A stretch of DNA of 64,000 nucleotides from Felis catus (Eukaryota). The stretch covers positions 125,366,001 through 125,430,000 of the forward strand of contig NC_058368.1 of assembly GCF_018350175.1 (NCBI RefSeq), read 5' to 3'. The notes below the pieces were generated by a model that was not told where the DNA came from, did no database searches, and was given only the letters and a program-made list of their open reading frames with translations. Each line of letters begins with the position of its first letter. The first letter of the stretch is position 1. Made by a program: the position numbers and the translations under genes. This document shows positions 51,613-64,000 of the stretch, piece by piece.

Positions 51613-52380
51613 AATTCTCGCAGTTTTTTGATGGTCTTTAGGGTTTTCTATATATAGTACTATGTAATCTGAAAATAGTGAAAGTTTGACTTTGGCCTTA
51701 CCTGTTTGGATACCTTTTATTTCTTTCTGTTGTCTGATTGCTGTGGCTAGGACTTCCAGGATTATTTTGAATTAAAGTGGTGAGACTGGACATCCTTGTC
51801 TTGTTCCTGACCTTACAGGAAAAGCTCTCAGTTTTCCCCATTGGTTATGATGTTTGCTATGGGTTTTTCATATAAGGCCTTTATTATGTTGAAGTATGTT
51901 CCCTGTTAACCTACTTTGTTGAGGTTTTTTGTCATGAATATATGCTGTACTTTGTCAGATTATTTTTCTGCATTTATTGAAATGATCATTTGGTTTTAAT
52001 CCTTTCCCTTATTGATGTGATGTATCACATTGATTGATTTGTGAATACTGAACCCTTATTGCATCCCAGGAATAAATCCTACTTGGTTGTGGTGAATGAT
52101 TTTTTAAATATATTGTTGGGATTCAGGTTGCTAGTATTTTGTTGAGGAGTTTTGCATCTATGTTCATCAGAGATTTTGGCCTTTTTTGTGTGTGTTATGT
52201 CTTTATCTGGTTTGGTATCAGGGTAATTCTGGCCTCATAGAATGAATTTGGAAGTTTTCATTTCTTTTCCATTTTTTGGAATAGTTTCAGAAGAATAGGT
52301 ATTAATTCTTCTTTAAATGTTTGACAGAATTAACCTGTGAAGCCATCTGGTCCTGGACTTTTGTTTGTTGGGAGTTTTTT

Positions 52381-52526
52381 GTTTTATTTTTATTTATCTT
52401 TATCTTTTTTTAAAAAATATAATTTTTTGTCAAATTGGCTAACATACAGTGTATAAAGTGTGTTCTTGGTTTTTGGGGTACATTCCTGTGGTTCATCGCT
52501 TACATACAACACCCAGTTCTCATCCC
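52381..52526 (-). mobile_element. Short L1 3'-end insertion nested in an older L1
   Basis: T-rich tail then gtcaaattggctaacatacag..tacaacacccagttctcatccc, matching L1 3'UTR termini elsewhere in the window. Confidence 0.8.
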
Positions 52527-52540
52527 TGTTGGGAGTATTT

Positions 52541-52752
52541 AAAACAATTTTTTTTAAATGTTTGTTTATTTTTGAGAGAGAGAGAGAGACAGAATGGGAG
52601 CAGGGGAGGGGCAGAGAGAGAGGGAGCCAGAGTAGGCTTCAGGCTCTGAGCTGTTAGCACAGAGACCAACATGGGGCCCAAACTCACAGTCCGTGAGATC
52701 ATGACCTGAGCCAAAGTCGGACACTTAAACGACTGAGTCACCCAGGTGCCCC
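52541..52752 (-). mobile_element. Can-SINE nested in L1
   Basis: SINE body ending cccaggtgcccc. Confidence 0.94.
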
Positions 52753-53204
52753 TGTTGTGAGTTTTTTGATTACTGATTCAATTTCCTTCCTAGTAATTGG
52801 TCTGTTCAAATTTTCTATTTCTTCCTGTTTCAGTTTTGGTAGGTTGTATTGTTTCTAGGAATTTATTCATTTCTTCTGGGTTGTCCACTTTGTTGGCATA
52901 TAATTTTTCATAATATTCTCTTATAATTGTTTGTATTTCTGTGGTATTGGCTGTTATTTCTCCTCATTTTTGATTTTGTTTGAATTCTCGCTCTCTCTGT
53001 GTTTTGTTTTGTTTTTGTTTTTTTTTGATGAGTCTGGCTGGGGTTTATCAATTTTGTTGATTTTTTCAAAGGACCAGCTCCTGATTTCATTGATCTATTC
53101 TCTTATGTTTTAGTTTATATATAATTTATTTCTGCTCTAATCTTCATTATTTCATTCCTTCTGCTGGTTTGGGGATTTATTTTTTCTTCTTTTTCCAGCT
53201 CCTT

Positions 53205-53409
53205 TAAATTTTTTTAAATGTCTTTTTTTTGAGAGAGAGAGCACGAGCAGGGGAGGGGCAGAGAGAGACACATACACACACAATTCAAAACAGGCTCTAG
53301 GCTCTGAGCTGTCAGCACAGAGCCTGATGCAGGCTTGAACCCACGAACTATGAGATCATGACCTGAGTCCAAGTCCAATGCTTAACCAAATGAGCCACCC
53401 ACATGCCCC
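53205..53409 (-). mobile_element. Can-SINE nested in L1
   Basis: SINE body; TSD agctccttta. Confidence 0.93.
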
Positions 53410-54090
53410 TGTAGCTCCTTTAGATGTAAAGTTAACTTCATTCTGTTTTCTAATTAGAATGTGAAAATATCTTTTGAGCAGAGTTGAGCCCAATTTTATC
53501 ATTTGGCAGGCCATTTTACCTTAATGAAAATGAACAAAATATGCAATTTCTGGCATCCAAAATATTTTACCTCTATCCCATGAATTTCTTTGGAAACTTT
53601 GTATTTTTTTAGATGAGATACATCTTACAAATTTGAAGAGTGTTGCAGATCTAAACGTATAATTTGTAGTTGGTAATCTTATATTTATTGATATTATCCC
53701 AAATATTTTTAAATCTGGTTTTTTTTTTTTTTTTTTTGGTCACCATTAAATAGATCTCACAGATTTTACAGAAAAGCCTTAAATGAAAACTGTGATTTCT
53801 AGGGAATTAAACATTTAAAAACATTTAAAAATTGTGAAGTAACAGTTCCGTGTAATCAGAGACAAATTGGAAGAGCAGGGAAATGAAGGAGAAGTAGTCA
53901 TTTACTGTAGCAACAGAAGTAAAAATAGAAAATGGAAAGCTTTTCTTTGGCCTCAAGTACCATTGACAGCCATGTTGTCAGTAGGGGCTTATGTCTCAAA
54001 AATGAAGTGTTTTACTTGATCAAAAGACATCAAATTGAAGCTTTTAGCTGGATCCCCAAATGGCCCTAAATTAATGGGAGTTTGTCACCC

Positions 54091-54122
<32 letters not shown>

Positions 54123-54142
54123 TGGGTGTGTGTGTTTGTGTG
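54091..54142. repeat. (TG)n microsatellite
   Basis: Direct observation. Confidence 0.9.
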
Positions 54143-55290
54143 GCAGGGGAGGGGTTTGGGATGATGTACACACATTTAACGAACTATTAGAATGTAAAAC
54201 AGAGTGGGAGTATTCTAATTTGAGTGATAAACTTTTGGTGAGAGGCAGAGGGAGGAGTTAATGATGGTTTTGGCTGAGGCAATTGAGGGAGTTTCCATAG
54301 GGAAGTGCCATTTTGTAGGGGCCTTGAAGAATGAGCAGTTTTTGATAAGCATAGGTAAATTAACAACAATAACAAAAAACAGAAACTAAGATCTGAACAT
54401 GTTAGTCATTGTGTTAAGCTCTTTTGAATGCATCATCTTAAACACACCATTTTAAAGGTGGGGAAACTGAGATAGATGTAGTTTGATATCACACAAACAC
54501 ACCTGAATTCAGATGCACTGCTTCAAGCAGCTATGTTCTTTCCAAGGGAGAAAGGTGGTCTAAAACGCCTTGAGCAAAGAGCTACATGAGTAGTTTTTGG
54601 AGAAATTGCAAGGTTTTATGTGGCCTGAGTATAAGATGTTTGGCAAATGAAGTGGGAGAAAGAGCTAAAAATGAAGGTGGGCTAGATTGCAGAATGTCAT
54701 TTCAAGGATTCTTTTCTTTTTTCAGGCAGTGGGGAGATATGGGTTTTGCATAGAGGGATAATATGATTTGGCAAGTGATTGTAAGTCAAGTCATGAGATG
54801 GCCTGAAGCATGGATTTGAGAAGGAATAACTTGGAGATCAGAGCAACATTTATAAAACTATGGTGGCACACAGGACTGATGACGAGGGCAAGAGCCAAGG
54901 TGGGGTTGGGGGATAGGCAGGGACAGATGTAGGAGGCATTGTAGGAGGTGGGCTTGCCCCTGGGTACTGTAACTGCTTGTGTTTGGAGTGAGGAGTTTCA
55001 TTTTGCACTGTATGGAATATCTTGATGCCCCAGATCTGAGGAGCTCAGGAGCAAAGTCCTTGGAGGAAGACTGTGTGTCAGGTTTCAGGCATGTTGAGTT
55101 TGAGGCTGTGTTGAACTGGCAGGCATCCAATGGGAATGTGGAAAGTCTTGGTCTTCCAAGGAACAAACTACTATGAGCTACAGTCAGGTATACAGCATAA
55201 ATTCTGAAAACAGATCATTGGAACTGACTAATGTTTCTCAAATCTTTCAGTGTCAAGACCCTTGACCTCTTCATAATTATTTAAGGGCAC

Positions 55291-55651
55291 TGTCTTAATC
55301 AGCTTGTCCTGACATACCAAAGTGCCATAGACTGGGTGACTTGAACTACAGGCATTTATTTGTCATTGTTCTGGAGGCAAGGAATCCAAGATGAAGATTC
55401 TGGCATATTTTGTTCCTGGTAAGAGCCCACTTCCTGGCTTGTCCATAGCTGCCTTGTCTCTGTATCTTCACATGTCAGATACAGAGAGAAACCTCTGGTC
55501 TCTCTTCTTTTTCTTCTAAGGACAGTAATCCTGTCACCCTTGTGACCTAATTCCTATCTAATCACCTCCAAAGGTGCTACCACCCAATACTATCATGTGG
55601 GTGGGCTTTGACATATGAATTTTGCGGGAACACAAACATTCAGTCCATAAT
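55291..55651 (-). mobile_element. MaLR solo LTR (MLT1A/MST-like)
   Basis: tgtcttaatcagctt..ccatagactgggtgactt..gttctggaggc..catatgaattttgcgggaacacaaacattcagtccataa. Confidence 0.8.
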
Positions 55652-55747
55652 AAATCCCAAAGAATATTGTTTATATGGGCTTTATCTTTTGATTTTTACT
55701 GTACTAGAAATGAAAACTGGGAAAAAATTTAAAATAGTTAATTATTA

Positions 55748-55967
55748 TTATTTTTAAAATATTTATTTATTTTTGAGAGAGAGAGAGAGAGAGAGGGCAT
55801 GCACATACGGGAGAAGGGCAGAGAGAGAGGGAGACACAGAATCCCAAGCACTGTCCAATCAGTCAGCGCAGAGTCTGAAGAGGGGCTTGAATTCATGAAC
55901 CATGAGATTATGACCTGAGCTGAATCAAGAGTTAGACGCTTAAGTGACTGAGCCACCCAAGAGCCCC
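55748..55967 (-). mobile_element. Can-SINE
   Basis: SINE body. Confidence 0.92.
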
Positions 55968-56023
55968 AAAATAATTAATTATTTTAAAATAAGGAAACTC
56001 CTTACATGTTAACATAAAATAAA

Positions 56024-56027
56024 TTTT

Positions 56028-56079
<52 letters not shown>

Positions 56080-56238
56080 TATTAGAGAGTGAGCGAGTGG
56101 GCGAGAGGGGCAGAGTGAGAGAGACAGAATCGTAAGCAGCGGAGCCCAGTGTGGGACTCCATCCCACAAACCAGGGACCATGACCTGAGCCAAACTCAAG
56201 AGTTGGATGCTCAACTGACTGAGCCACTCAGATGCCCC
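56024..56238 (-). mobile_element. Can-SINE with (TTTA)n tail
   Basis: (TTTA)n then SINE body; flanks aaaataaatt. Confidence 0.9.
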
Positions 56239-58969
56239 AAAAATAAATTGTATAAAATCTAACTATATTTTACAAAGCCAAATCAGGGAGAAAAATGTAT
56301 TCTTTTACATATTTTGCAAATCTCTTTCGTGTCTGGCTTCAGCAAAGATGGATTCTTGTATCTGCTTCTGCATGCAATCTGTTACCGTATTACACATCAG
56401 TAAACCTCTGGAAAATAGGTGTGTATTTGTGAGTGAAAATGAGCAACAAAGCACCCCACTGTCTTGTCTTGTTTACCTTTCCCACATCCAAATCTACACT
56501 TCTATTTCAGGTACTCATTTGTTTCTTACCTCTGCCCTGCTCATCACCCTTTCACAGTGGCTCGTACCCCATGAAAGCTCAGTGTAAAATTATGGAGTGA
56601 ACTCAGTCAATGGACTAAGGAAAGTATAAGCCAAGAAGATCTGAGGGTACTGGTTGGTTAGTGTCATTTGGAGACTAGGAGTAGAGGTGGGGATGTGGAG
56701 TTGGAATTTTCCTGATGCCCTGGAATTGGCAGTAAGAACCCAAAGCTGTAAACAAAATTCTGTTGCCACACCCTTCACTCCACCTGCAGGCCTATGTGAG
56801 GAGAACACTGGAAAGGGAGAGTAATCACTGACAGAGTCTGAAGCATGGCAGAGTGGTTATGGTGTGAATCCTCCCTGTGGTGGCGGATGAGCTGGAAATG
56901 CTCCAACCACCCTCATAGATGGAAGGGAATCACTCATAGACTGAGTGTGTCTGTAAGAAAGGGAAGTTGGCATCCTCCTCCCTGAATGGCCACTTGCCAA
57001 GGAACAACTTGCAGCTCTCACTGGCACAGAGGAAAACCTGCTGAGGGGGCTTGGGGACAGCATGACATGTATCCACAATGGACAAGAAAGAGCATTCTTG
57101 ACTATGAGATTAAAGCTGCTTCTCACCTGGCAATTTCTGAATCTGACAGTCTTGTGGAAGGAGTCTGTTTTAGCGAGGTGAGAAGGAACTGAGGCACAGA
57201 AAAAGGGTAGGGCATGTTCTTCACTGCTCAGGCCCTTCAGAGGGTCCCAGAGGGGACATGTGTGATTCCCATAACTCCACATGAAGGAGCACCAAGGTTA
57301 GAGTCAGTATGTAGGGTTGTCCCGATGTTCCCTGGACCAGGTAAAGTGCTTTATTTGCAGCTGACATGAAGAAGGGCTGGGTTCAAGCTGAACAATGCCT
57401 AAGAGACACACACATGCCATTATCTTGAATACCACCATATCAGTAGTTGGGACCACATTAAACCAGAGAAAATGGGCACCTGTCTCCACCACTGGGCTGG
57501 CACTTAGGATCTTTCCTCCCTATATCTCCCAGTCCCCAACTCTGAAGGGACTAGCCCTTGAAGGAAAAGGTAGAGGTGAGGAAACAATATGGCTTAGGAT
57601 AAGAGGGTTTTCCCATCTTTCATTTAGGGAGGCAGATGAGAGTGGGAGCAGAGGAGCAGATTATAAGGCTTTCTCACAAAATCCCTTGAGCCCAGGCATG
57701 GAGGGGAAGGTTTGAATCACATGTGGGAATAGAGTTTTAAACAGAATTGGTCTTTTAATAGTTTCAAGTGACCAAAAAATATAAAATGCATCCAAAATTT
57801 TATTAAAGGAAGGCAAAGTGGGAAGTGTGGCTGAAAGAAGGAATTGGAGAATAAAACCATTTCATGTTAGTGCCTTACTGAATTAAGATGTATTAAGGAA
57901 CCAGTTATAAAGTAATTGGTTTACTCTCAAGTTCTTTGAACTTATTAAGTGCTCTGGGGGCAGTGAAAATGTCTTAATAATGTGACTCCTTGGCATTTGT
58001 TGGTGATGCCTTCCAGATACAGGGAACCCTATGTGTATTTGCTGAACTGAATTGCATATTTCTGTTCTGGGAAACTGAGAACACAGTAGGTTTGGTGGAA
58101 GGGGTTGTGTGTATTCCTTTAGTCCTGACTTCCTTGAGTAGTAGACTGAAAAGTGACACAGTGAAGGACAAACATCCCTTATGACCAGTTTCTTACTCGT
58201 TTTATTCTTATGCTTTTTTGAGTATTTCCTTCTTGTGGCTCCAACAATAAGAACAATGGGGCCAAAAGGGAACAAGCAAGTAGAATCAAAATAGGAAACA
58301 TACAGATTTTAAGGAAAGAAGCACATCTGGGAGATGTCAAGGCAGGTGAAGAGAAGAAAGTGATGGGTGTTGAGTGGACAATTGACGGAGAGAGTCAGTG
58401 CTTGGTGTGTCTCTTTAGGTATAAGTTGGAGAGTAGGTTGTTCTTTTCATGAAGTTTATTTGAGACTTGTACTACATGTTTAATAACCCAAGGGATGTAT
58501 TTACAGAAAAACTTGGCAGCGATAGTTTTAAAATGTCCTTCCTGTTGGAAATCATCACAGACATATTTAGATAAGGAGAGCTAGAAACGATGAGGTAAAC
58601 AGCTTTTCAGTGTGATATTTCTAAATCTAATGACCAATTAGGGAGGACTGATAGAATCCACCAGGCTCTTCTAAACCCCAGACCCCATGGAGAGCTAAGC
58701 TAATGGGTAGAATAGAATAGTATTTAACCCCCAGGCTGAGGACAAGGGCTGAAGTGTTGGATTTTGGAGATAAATGGACTGTTGCATAATGGGGGAAAGT
58801 GACTGTGACCAGATCTGTGTTTCATTTTCTGCTCTCTGCATTAGAAGGATTGGTAACAGCTTGGTTCATGCCTGAATGCAGCAGAGCCAGGCAGTAGTGG
58901 CCTTTAAATAGAGTCAGTGTTTGTAGGCAAGAGACAGTATCATTGACTAGAAGAAATTTCCTTTAGGAC

Positions 58970-59161
58970 TAGGGTGGTCCGATAAAATACAAGATGCTCA
59001 GTTAAATTTGAACTTCAGGTAGACAACAAAACGTTTTTAGTATAAATGTGTCCCATGTAACAATTAGGATATATATACACCAAGCTTTTTTTGATGTTTA
59101 TTTGAAATTTAAATTTAACTGGGTTATCCTGTGTTTTTATTTTCCAACTCTGGCAACCCTT
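58970..59161. mobile_element. MER53-like palindromic hAT MITE
   Basis: Terminal inverted repeats tagggtggtcc.gataaaatac / tctggcaaccct; internal cagttaaatttgaa / tttaaatttaactg; 8-bp TSD tttaggac (58962-58969) / tttaggaa (59162-59169). Confidence 0.8.
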
Positions 59162-59374
59162 TTTAGGAATGAGTCTCATCACTGAGAAGTTGCTTTTCTC
59201 CTTCCTTCATTCAAACCAGGGTCTAGTCATGGGTGACAGGCAAACTAACTTCAAATGTTTGGGTTGGTCCTGGAGAACTTCTGTGTCTACTGGGCTGTGT
59301 GGGTGAGAAATCACCTAAGAATTAGAAGGTTTGAAGACACATAAAGTTCTTCTGACTTTGCTTTTGTAGATGTA

Positions 59375-60102
59375 ATTTTTTTATTGACTTGATATATACG
59401 TAACATATAATTTACCATTCTGCCCATTTTAACTGTACAATTCAACTAGTACTGAGTATATTCATGTTGTTGTGCAACCATTACCACTATCCATTTCTAG
59501 AAGTTTTTTTTCCATCTTCCCAATCTGAAGCTCTGTGCTTATTAAGCAATAATTCTCCATTCCTTCTTCTCCCTGCTGATCCCTGGCAACCACCACTGAC
59601 TTTCATCTCTATGGATTCGACTATTCCAGCTACCTCATGTAAGTGGGATCATGCATATTTGTCCTTTTTTGTCTGGCTTATTTCAATCAGCATAATGTCC
59701 TCAAAGTTCATCCATGTTATAGCATGCAACAGATTTCCATTCCTTTTTTAAGGCTGAGTAATATTCCATTGTATATATATACCTCACTTTGTTTATCTGT
59801 TCATCTGTGATTGAACGCTTGGGTTATATCCACATTTTAGCTATTGCAAATAATGCTGCTATGAACTTTGGTGTGCAAATATGTTTTGAAGCCCTTTCTT
59901 CCAATTTTTTGAGTATATTCCTAAGAGTGGAATTGCTGGTTCATAGTAATTCTGTTTAATTTTGGGGGGAAACATCATACAGTGTTCTGTAGCAGATTTA
60001 CCATCTTATATTTCCACCAGCAATTGCACGAGGCTTCCAATTTCTCCTCATTCTCACCAACACTTATTATTTCTTTTATAGTAGTCACCCTAATGGGGGT
60101 GT
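59375..60102 (-). mobile_element. L1MB-type 3' fragment
   Basis: taacatataatttaccatt..gttgtgcaaccattaccactatccatt..ccctggcaaccacc..aaggctgagtaatattccattg. Confidence 0.85.
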
Positions 60103-60252
60103 ATAGTTATAATGTTTTCCTTTTTCTTACTCTGCAACCCACTTCAATACCCAGAGCCTACCGCCACAGAGGCCAGAGAATGGTTTGGGGAGACAGTGTG
60201 CTCTGGCATGGAGCACTGTGAGGTAGACATAATGTTTAAAGGTGGTGTGGTG

Positions 60253-61163
60253 CCAAGCTCCACACCCGAAAAACAAATAACCCAGTGAAGAAATGGGCAA
60301 AAAACATGAATAGACACTTCTCTCAAGAAGACATCCAGATGGCCAACAGGCACATGAAAAGATGCTCAACATTGCTCCTCATCAGGGAAATACAAATCAA
60401 AACCACACTCAGATATCACCTCACACCAGTCAGAGTGGCCAAAATGAACAAATCAGGAGACTATAGATGCTGGAGAGGATGTAGAGAACCGGGAACCCTC
60501 TTGCACTGTTGGTGGGAATGCAAACTGGTACAGCCACTCTGGAAAACAGTGTGGAGGTTCCTCAGAAAATTAAAAATAGACCTACCCTATGACCCAGCAA
60601 TAGCACTGCTAGGAATTTACCCAAGGGATACAGGAGTACTGATGCATAGGGGCACTTGTACCCCAATGTTTATAGCAGCACTCTCAACAATAACCAAATT
60701 ATGGAAAGAGCCTAAATGTCCATCAACTGATGAATGGATAAAGAAATTGTGGTTTATATACACAATGGAGTACTACGTGGCAATGAGAAAGAATGAAATA
60801 TGGCCCTTTGTAGCAACGTGGATGGAACTGGAGAGTGTGATGCTAAGTGAAATAAGCCATACAGAGAAAGACAGATACCGTATGTTTTCACTCTTATGTG
60901 GATCCTGAGAAACTTAACAGAAACCCATGGGGGAAGGGAAGGGGGGCGGGGGGAAAGAGGTTAGAGTGGGAGAGAGCCAAAGCATAAGAGACTCTTAAAA
61001 ACTGAGAACAAACTGAGGGTTGATGGGGGGTGGGAGGGAGGGGAGGATGGGTGATGGGTATTGAGGAGGGCACCTTTTGGGATGAGCATTGGGTGTTGTA
61101 TGGAAACCAATTTGACAATAAATTTCATATATTGAAAAAAAATAAATAAAAATAATAAAAAAA
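60253..61163 (+). mobile_element. Young 5'-truncated LINE-1 (about 0.9 kb), open ORF2 C-terminus to 60908
   Basis: 207-aa ORF2 tail; perfect TSD TAAAGGTGGTGTGGTG at 60237-60252 and 61164-61179. Confidence 0.97.
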
Positions 61164-61739
61164 TAAAGGTGGTGTGGTGGTTCTGCTACTAGGTCGAACA
61201 AGAATAGTTTACTCTTTTTTGCCCTGGAATCATAGTGGCCTGTGCATTGACAAAATTATGTATTTACTGCACAAGATATGTCTATAAAGTTCAGGTATAG
61301 ATTTCCAAGGGGGGCTTTTAAACTAGCTCTGAAGGTACTATCATTAGAAGATTTCTAGAACAGAGTTTTGAACAATGATGGTATTGTTGGACTAAGCACA
61401 TATCCCCTTTTTCTTTGTAGGATGTGGCCTGAATCTCTCTGTGTACATCTTGGTTTGTTTGCTGAAACACACACTCATAGCAAACATGCATCATGATTTT
61501 GGAGTCATATCTCACAGACCCCTCCCAAGGAGTCTGGATAGATTGTTGGAGTCTTTTACTTATATTTAGATTCTAGTATCTTTTCCTGGTTGTGAGTTCC
61601 CAAGATATTGTGAATTTTTAGTAATAACACTCAGGATGACAGCTTCAGAGACAGGAGTGAGCTGCATTCAAGTTTGAAATAGAGTTTGCTTTTTCCCAAA
61701 TCTAATTATTAATCACCTTTCAGAAAAGAGAGGGTGACT

Positions 61740-61753
61740 GTTCCTATGGCAAC
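61740..61753. promoter_or_regulatory. Candidate RFX X-box
   Basis: GTTCCTATGGCAAC versus palindromic consensus GTTGCCATGGCAAC, in apparently unique sequence. Confidence 0.3.
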
Positions 61754-62480
61754 AGAAGCCTTAAGGCAAGAAAGCATTCAGCCAGCCTGACTCTCTTAGC
61801 CAGCTCTACACTGCTCCAGCTTTCTGGTGCAGGGAACCGAGGCCCTGGGGCCAAATGTATCCTCTCTGGCAGGGGGCTTTCACTTCACGGCCCCTCTTTG
61901 TTCCAAGCTAATCAAAAGAAATTGATCTGGGCTGTCTTGCTTGTCTTCCAGCCTCCCCCAGACCCCTTTCCCCATATCTTGGTGTGTGTGTACATGTGTT
62001 TTTATATCTATTCATATTCTATTTTTTTGTATAAATCCAGATTCCTATCTTTCATACTTGTCAGTGAATCATTCAAGGTATAGTTTTAACTCAAATTGAA
62101 TAATACCTGTAGGAATAAAAAAGATTCTATTATTAAATCTCTTGACAGGGATTTTTAGATTTTTTTTTAAAGCACAGGTCACATTTTCCTAGCTGTTCTT
62201 CTATTTTAAAAATATTTCTCATGGGTGAACTCTTCTGAATTTGTTGGTTTCATTTTGACAGGTTTAATGGCACTTCTTATTGGTGTTTCTTTACTAAGTG
62301 AACAATCTGAGCAGCCTGCTTGCAGATTCCCTTGTTACAAATGCCATATTAATTTTCGTACCCTCAGTCCTACAAATAAATTCAATCTTACTTAAATTAA
62401 GTGAGGTTGGACTCATTGTTTGTGTCATAAGAGACATGATATGAGTAATTGACTACTCAGCATACATGCATACAATTTCA

Positions 62481-62696
62481 TTTTTTCTTTTTCTTTTTAA
62501 AGTTTATTTATTTATTCTGAGATAGAGAACGTGAGCAGGGGAAGGGCAGAGAGAGAGGGAGAGGGAGAGAATCCCAAGTGGGCTCCACAATCTCAGCGTA
62601 AAGCCTGATATGGGGCTCAACCTCACAAACTGTGAGATCATGACCTGAGCCCAAATCAAGTTGGATGCTTAACAAACTGAGCCACCCAGCTGCCCC
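62481..62696 (-). mobile_element. Can-SINE
   Basis: SINE body; TSD acaatttcattttt / acagtttcattttt. Confidence 0.93.
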
Positions 62697-63040
62697 ACAG
62701 TTTCATTTTTGAATCAGATAGACTTTTTTCCAGAATTGATCTGATGTGTCTTGGGTATGCCTAGCAAGCACTTGGTAAATACCCATAAATGGTAAATGGC
62801 CATGATGAATGGTTGTCAGTTGCATTACCTTTATCCAGAAATGTTAATTCTGTAGCATCTACACTTAATCATGAGTTTTTCCTGAAACCATGTACACATT
62901 AAAATTGGTACATACAATAGGAAGTGCATGCAAAATCTTTCCCTCTTTCTCCCTGCCCTCAACAACATATAAATGCTCCAGAAACATTTATGTGTCATAA
63001 AGGACAAAGATCTTGAATTCATCTTTTCAGATGTCAGATC

Positions 63041-63121
63041 TTTTATTCTTTTTTAATTTTTTGTTTATTTTATTTTATTTTTAAATTTACATCCAAATTA
63101 GCATATAGTGCGACAGTGATT
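63041..63121 (-). mobile_element. Extreme 3' end of an L1 (about 40 nt plus A-rich tail)
   Basis: aatttacatccaaattagcatatagtgcgacagtgattt resembles 20354-20396 aatttatatccaagtctgttagcatatggtgcaagaatgattt. Confidence 0.75.
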
Positions 63122-63332
63122 TTTTAAAAATGTTTATTTATTTTTGAGAGAGAGAAAAAGACAGAGCATGCGTGGGGGAGGGGCAGAGAGAGAGGGAGAC
63201 ACAGAATCAGAAGCAGGCTCCAGGCTCTGCGCTGTCAGCACAGAGCCCAATCCGGGGCTTAAACTCCCAAACCGCAAGATCGTGACCTGAGCCAAAGTTG
63301 GACAGTTAACCAACCAAGCCACCCAGGCACCC
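63122..63332 (-). mobile_element. Can-SINE joined to an L1 3' end
   Basis: SINE body; TSD TTCAGATGTCAGAT at 63026-63039 and 63333-63346 encloses both parts. Confidence 0.94.
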
Positions 63333-63489
63333 TTCAGATGTCAGATTTTCTTCTTGACCACAGAGATAGGAAAGAGAGACTGAAGCCATAATCTTGAGTT
63401 TGGTTGAGGAATGGGAACACACCATGCTTCCCCACCCCTCCGTTCTAAACTCTCATAGCTTTGTCTTAAAGACTAGAATGAAATTTTAT

Positions 63490-63628
63490 TTACTTTCTAT
63501 TATTTTATTTTATTTTACTTTCAAGAGATTTTATTTTAAGTAATCTCTGCACCCAACATGGGGCTTGAATTTATAACCCTGAGATCAAGAGTCTCCTGCT
63601 CCACCAACAAAGCCAGCCAGGTGCCCCG
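63490..63628 (-). mobile_element. Short old Can-SINE (tRNA-like head, no CT tract)
   Basis: taatctctgcacccaacatggggcttgaa..ccctgagatcaagagtc..gccagccaggtgcccc; flanks tgaaatttta. Confidence 0.85.
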
Positions 63629-64000
63629 GGACTGAAATTTTAAAATGAATTGGATGGCTTGTTAAAGAACTGAAATAAATGTATTTTCATGACTGCATGT
63701 GACTGAAAAGTTATGAATCAGTCTGGGTATGGTTTCAGGAGCAGGAGACAGGGCTTGACAGAGTGTTGTTAGGGAGCATTTACTGGAAACATTTCTATCA
63801 TGTTTATGTCTAGAGGGTACAGACTCTTCATCTAAAAAATCTTTTAGTGGCACACCTAATTATTATCTGTTCTTGGCCAACCAACCCAGAAGAACTAGTC
63901 CCAGTTCTTGAGGGACTCCTGGCCACAGAAACAGTGGGATATAAAGCATTATTGATGAGATAACAGACTCCAGTTTTGAAAAACAAACCTTAATTTACTG

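Larger units (their letters stand above)
48846..53434 (-). mobile_element. Older carnivore 5'-truncated LINE-1 with a 3' transduced tail and several nested insertions
   Basis: L1 3'UTR from about 49045, degraded ORF2 to about 53434; distal poly(T) 48846-48860; TSD-like ttagcttcattctgttctc (48825-48843) / ttaacttcattctgttttc (53432-53450). Confidence 0.9.
55232..56435. mobile_element. hAT-Charlie DNA transposon relic interrupted by an LTR and two SINEs
   Basis: gtttctcaaatc..aagaccc..cccaaagaatattgtttatatggg..tagaaatgaaaactg..ttttgcaaatctcttt..gtctggctt..ggattcttgtatctgcttctgcatgcaatctgtt. Confidence 0.55.

Overview
Mammalian, repeat-dense intronic or intergenic DNA, almost certainly from a felid: it carries many tRNA-derived Can-SINEs of the SINEC_Fc type and L1_Fc-like LINE-1s. 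I found no host protein-coding exon or CpG island that I can support. Every long ORF belongs to L1 ORF1/ORF2, and the short ORFs are SINE, microsatellite or antisense-L1 artefacts. The window holds two near-full-length but disrupted L1s arranged head-to-head (20330-27296 minus; 28819-34710 plus), three young 5'-truncated L1s with target-site duplications (TSDs), one older 4.6 kb L1, more than 25 Can-SINEs, and ancient MIR/L2/MLT1/MER repeats. The notable signal is a set of composite retrotransposition products read from TSD logic: a SINE-SINE dimer inside one TSD (6261-6750), a SINE plus L1-3'-end chimera inside one TSD (63026-63346), a SINE joined to a full-length L1 inside one TSD (28589-34735), two L1 3' transductions (about 7329-7351 and 48861-49045), a site hit twice (52366-52767), and a 131-bp near-identical local copy of an ancient MLT1 segment at an L1 5' junction (27297-27427, matching 35858-35990). 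Repeat family names are from recognition by eye and need RepeatMasker/Dfam confirmation.
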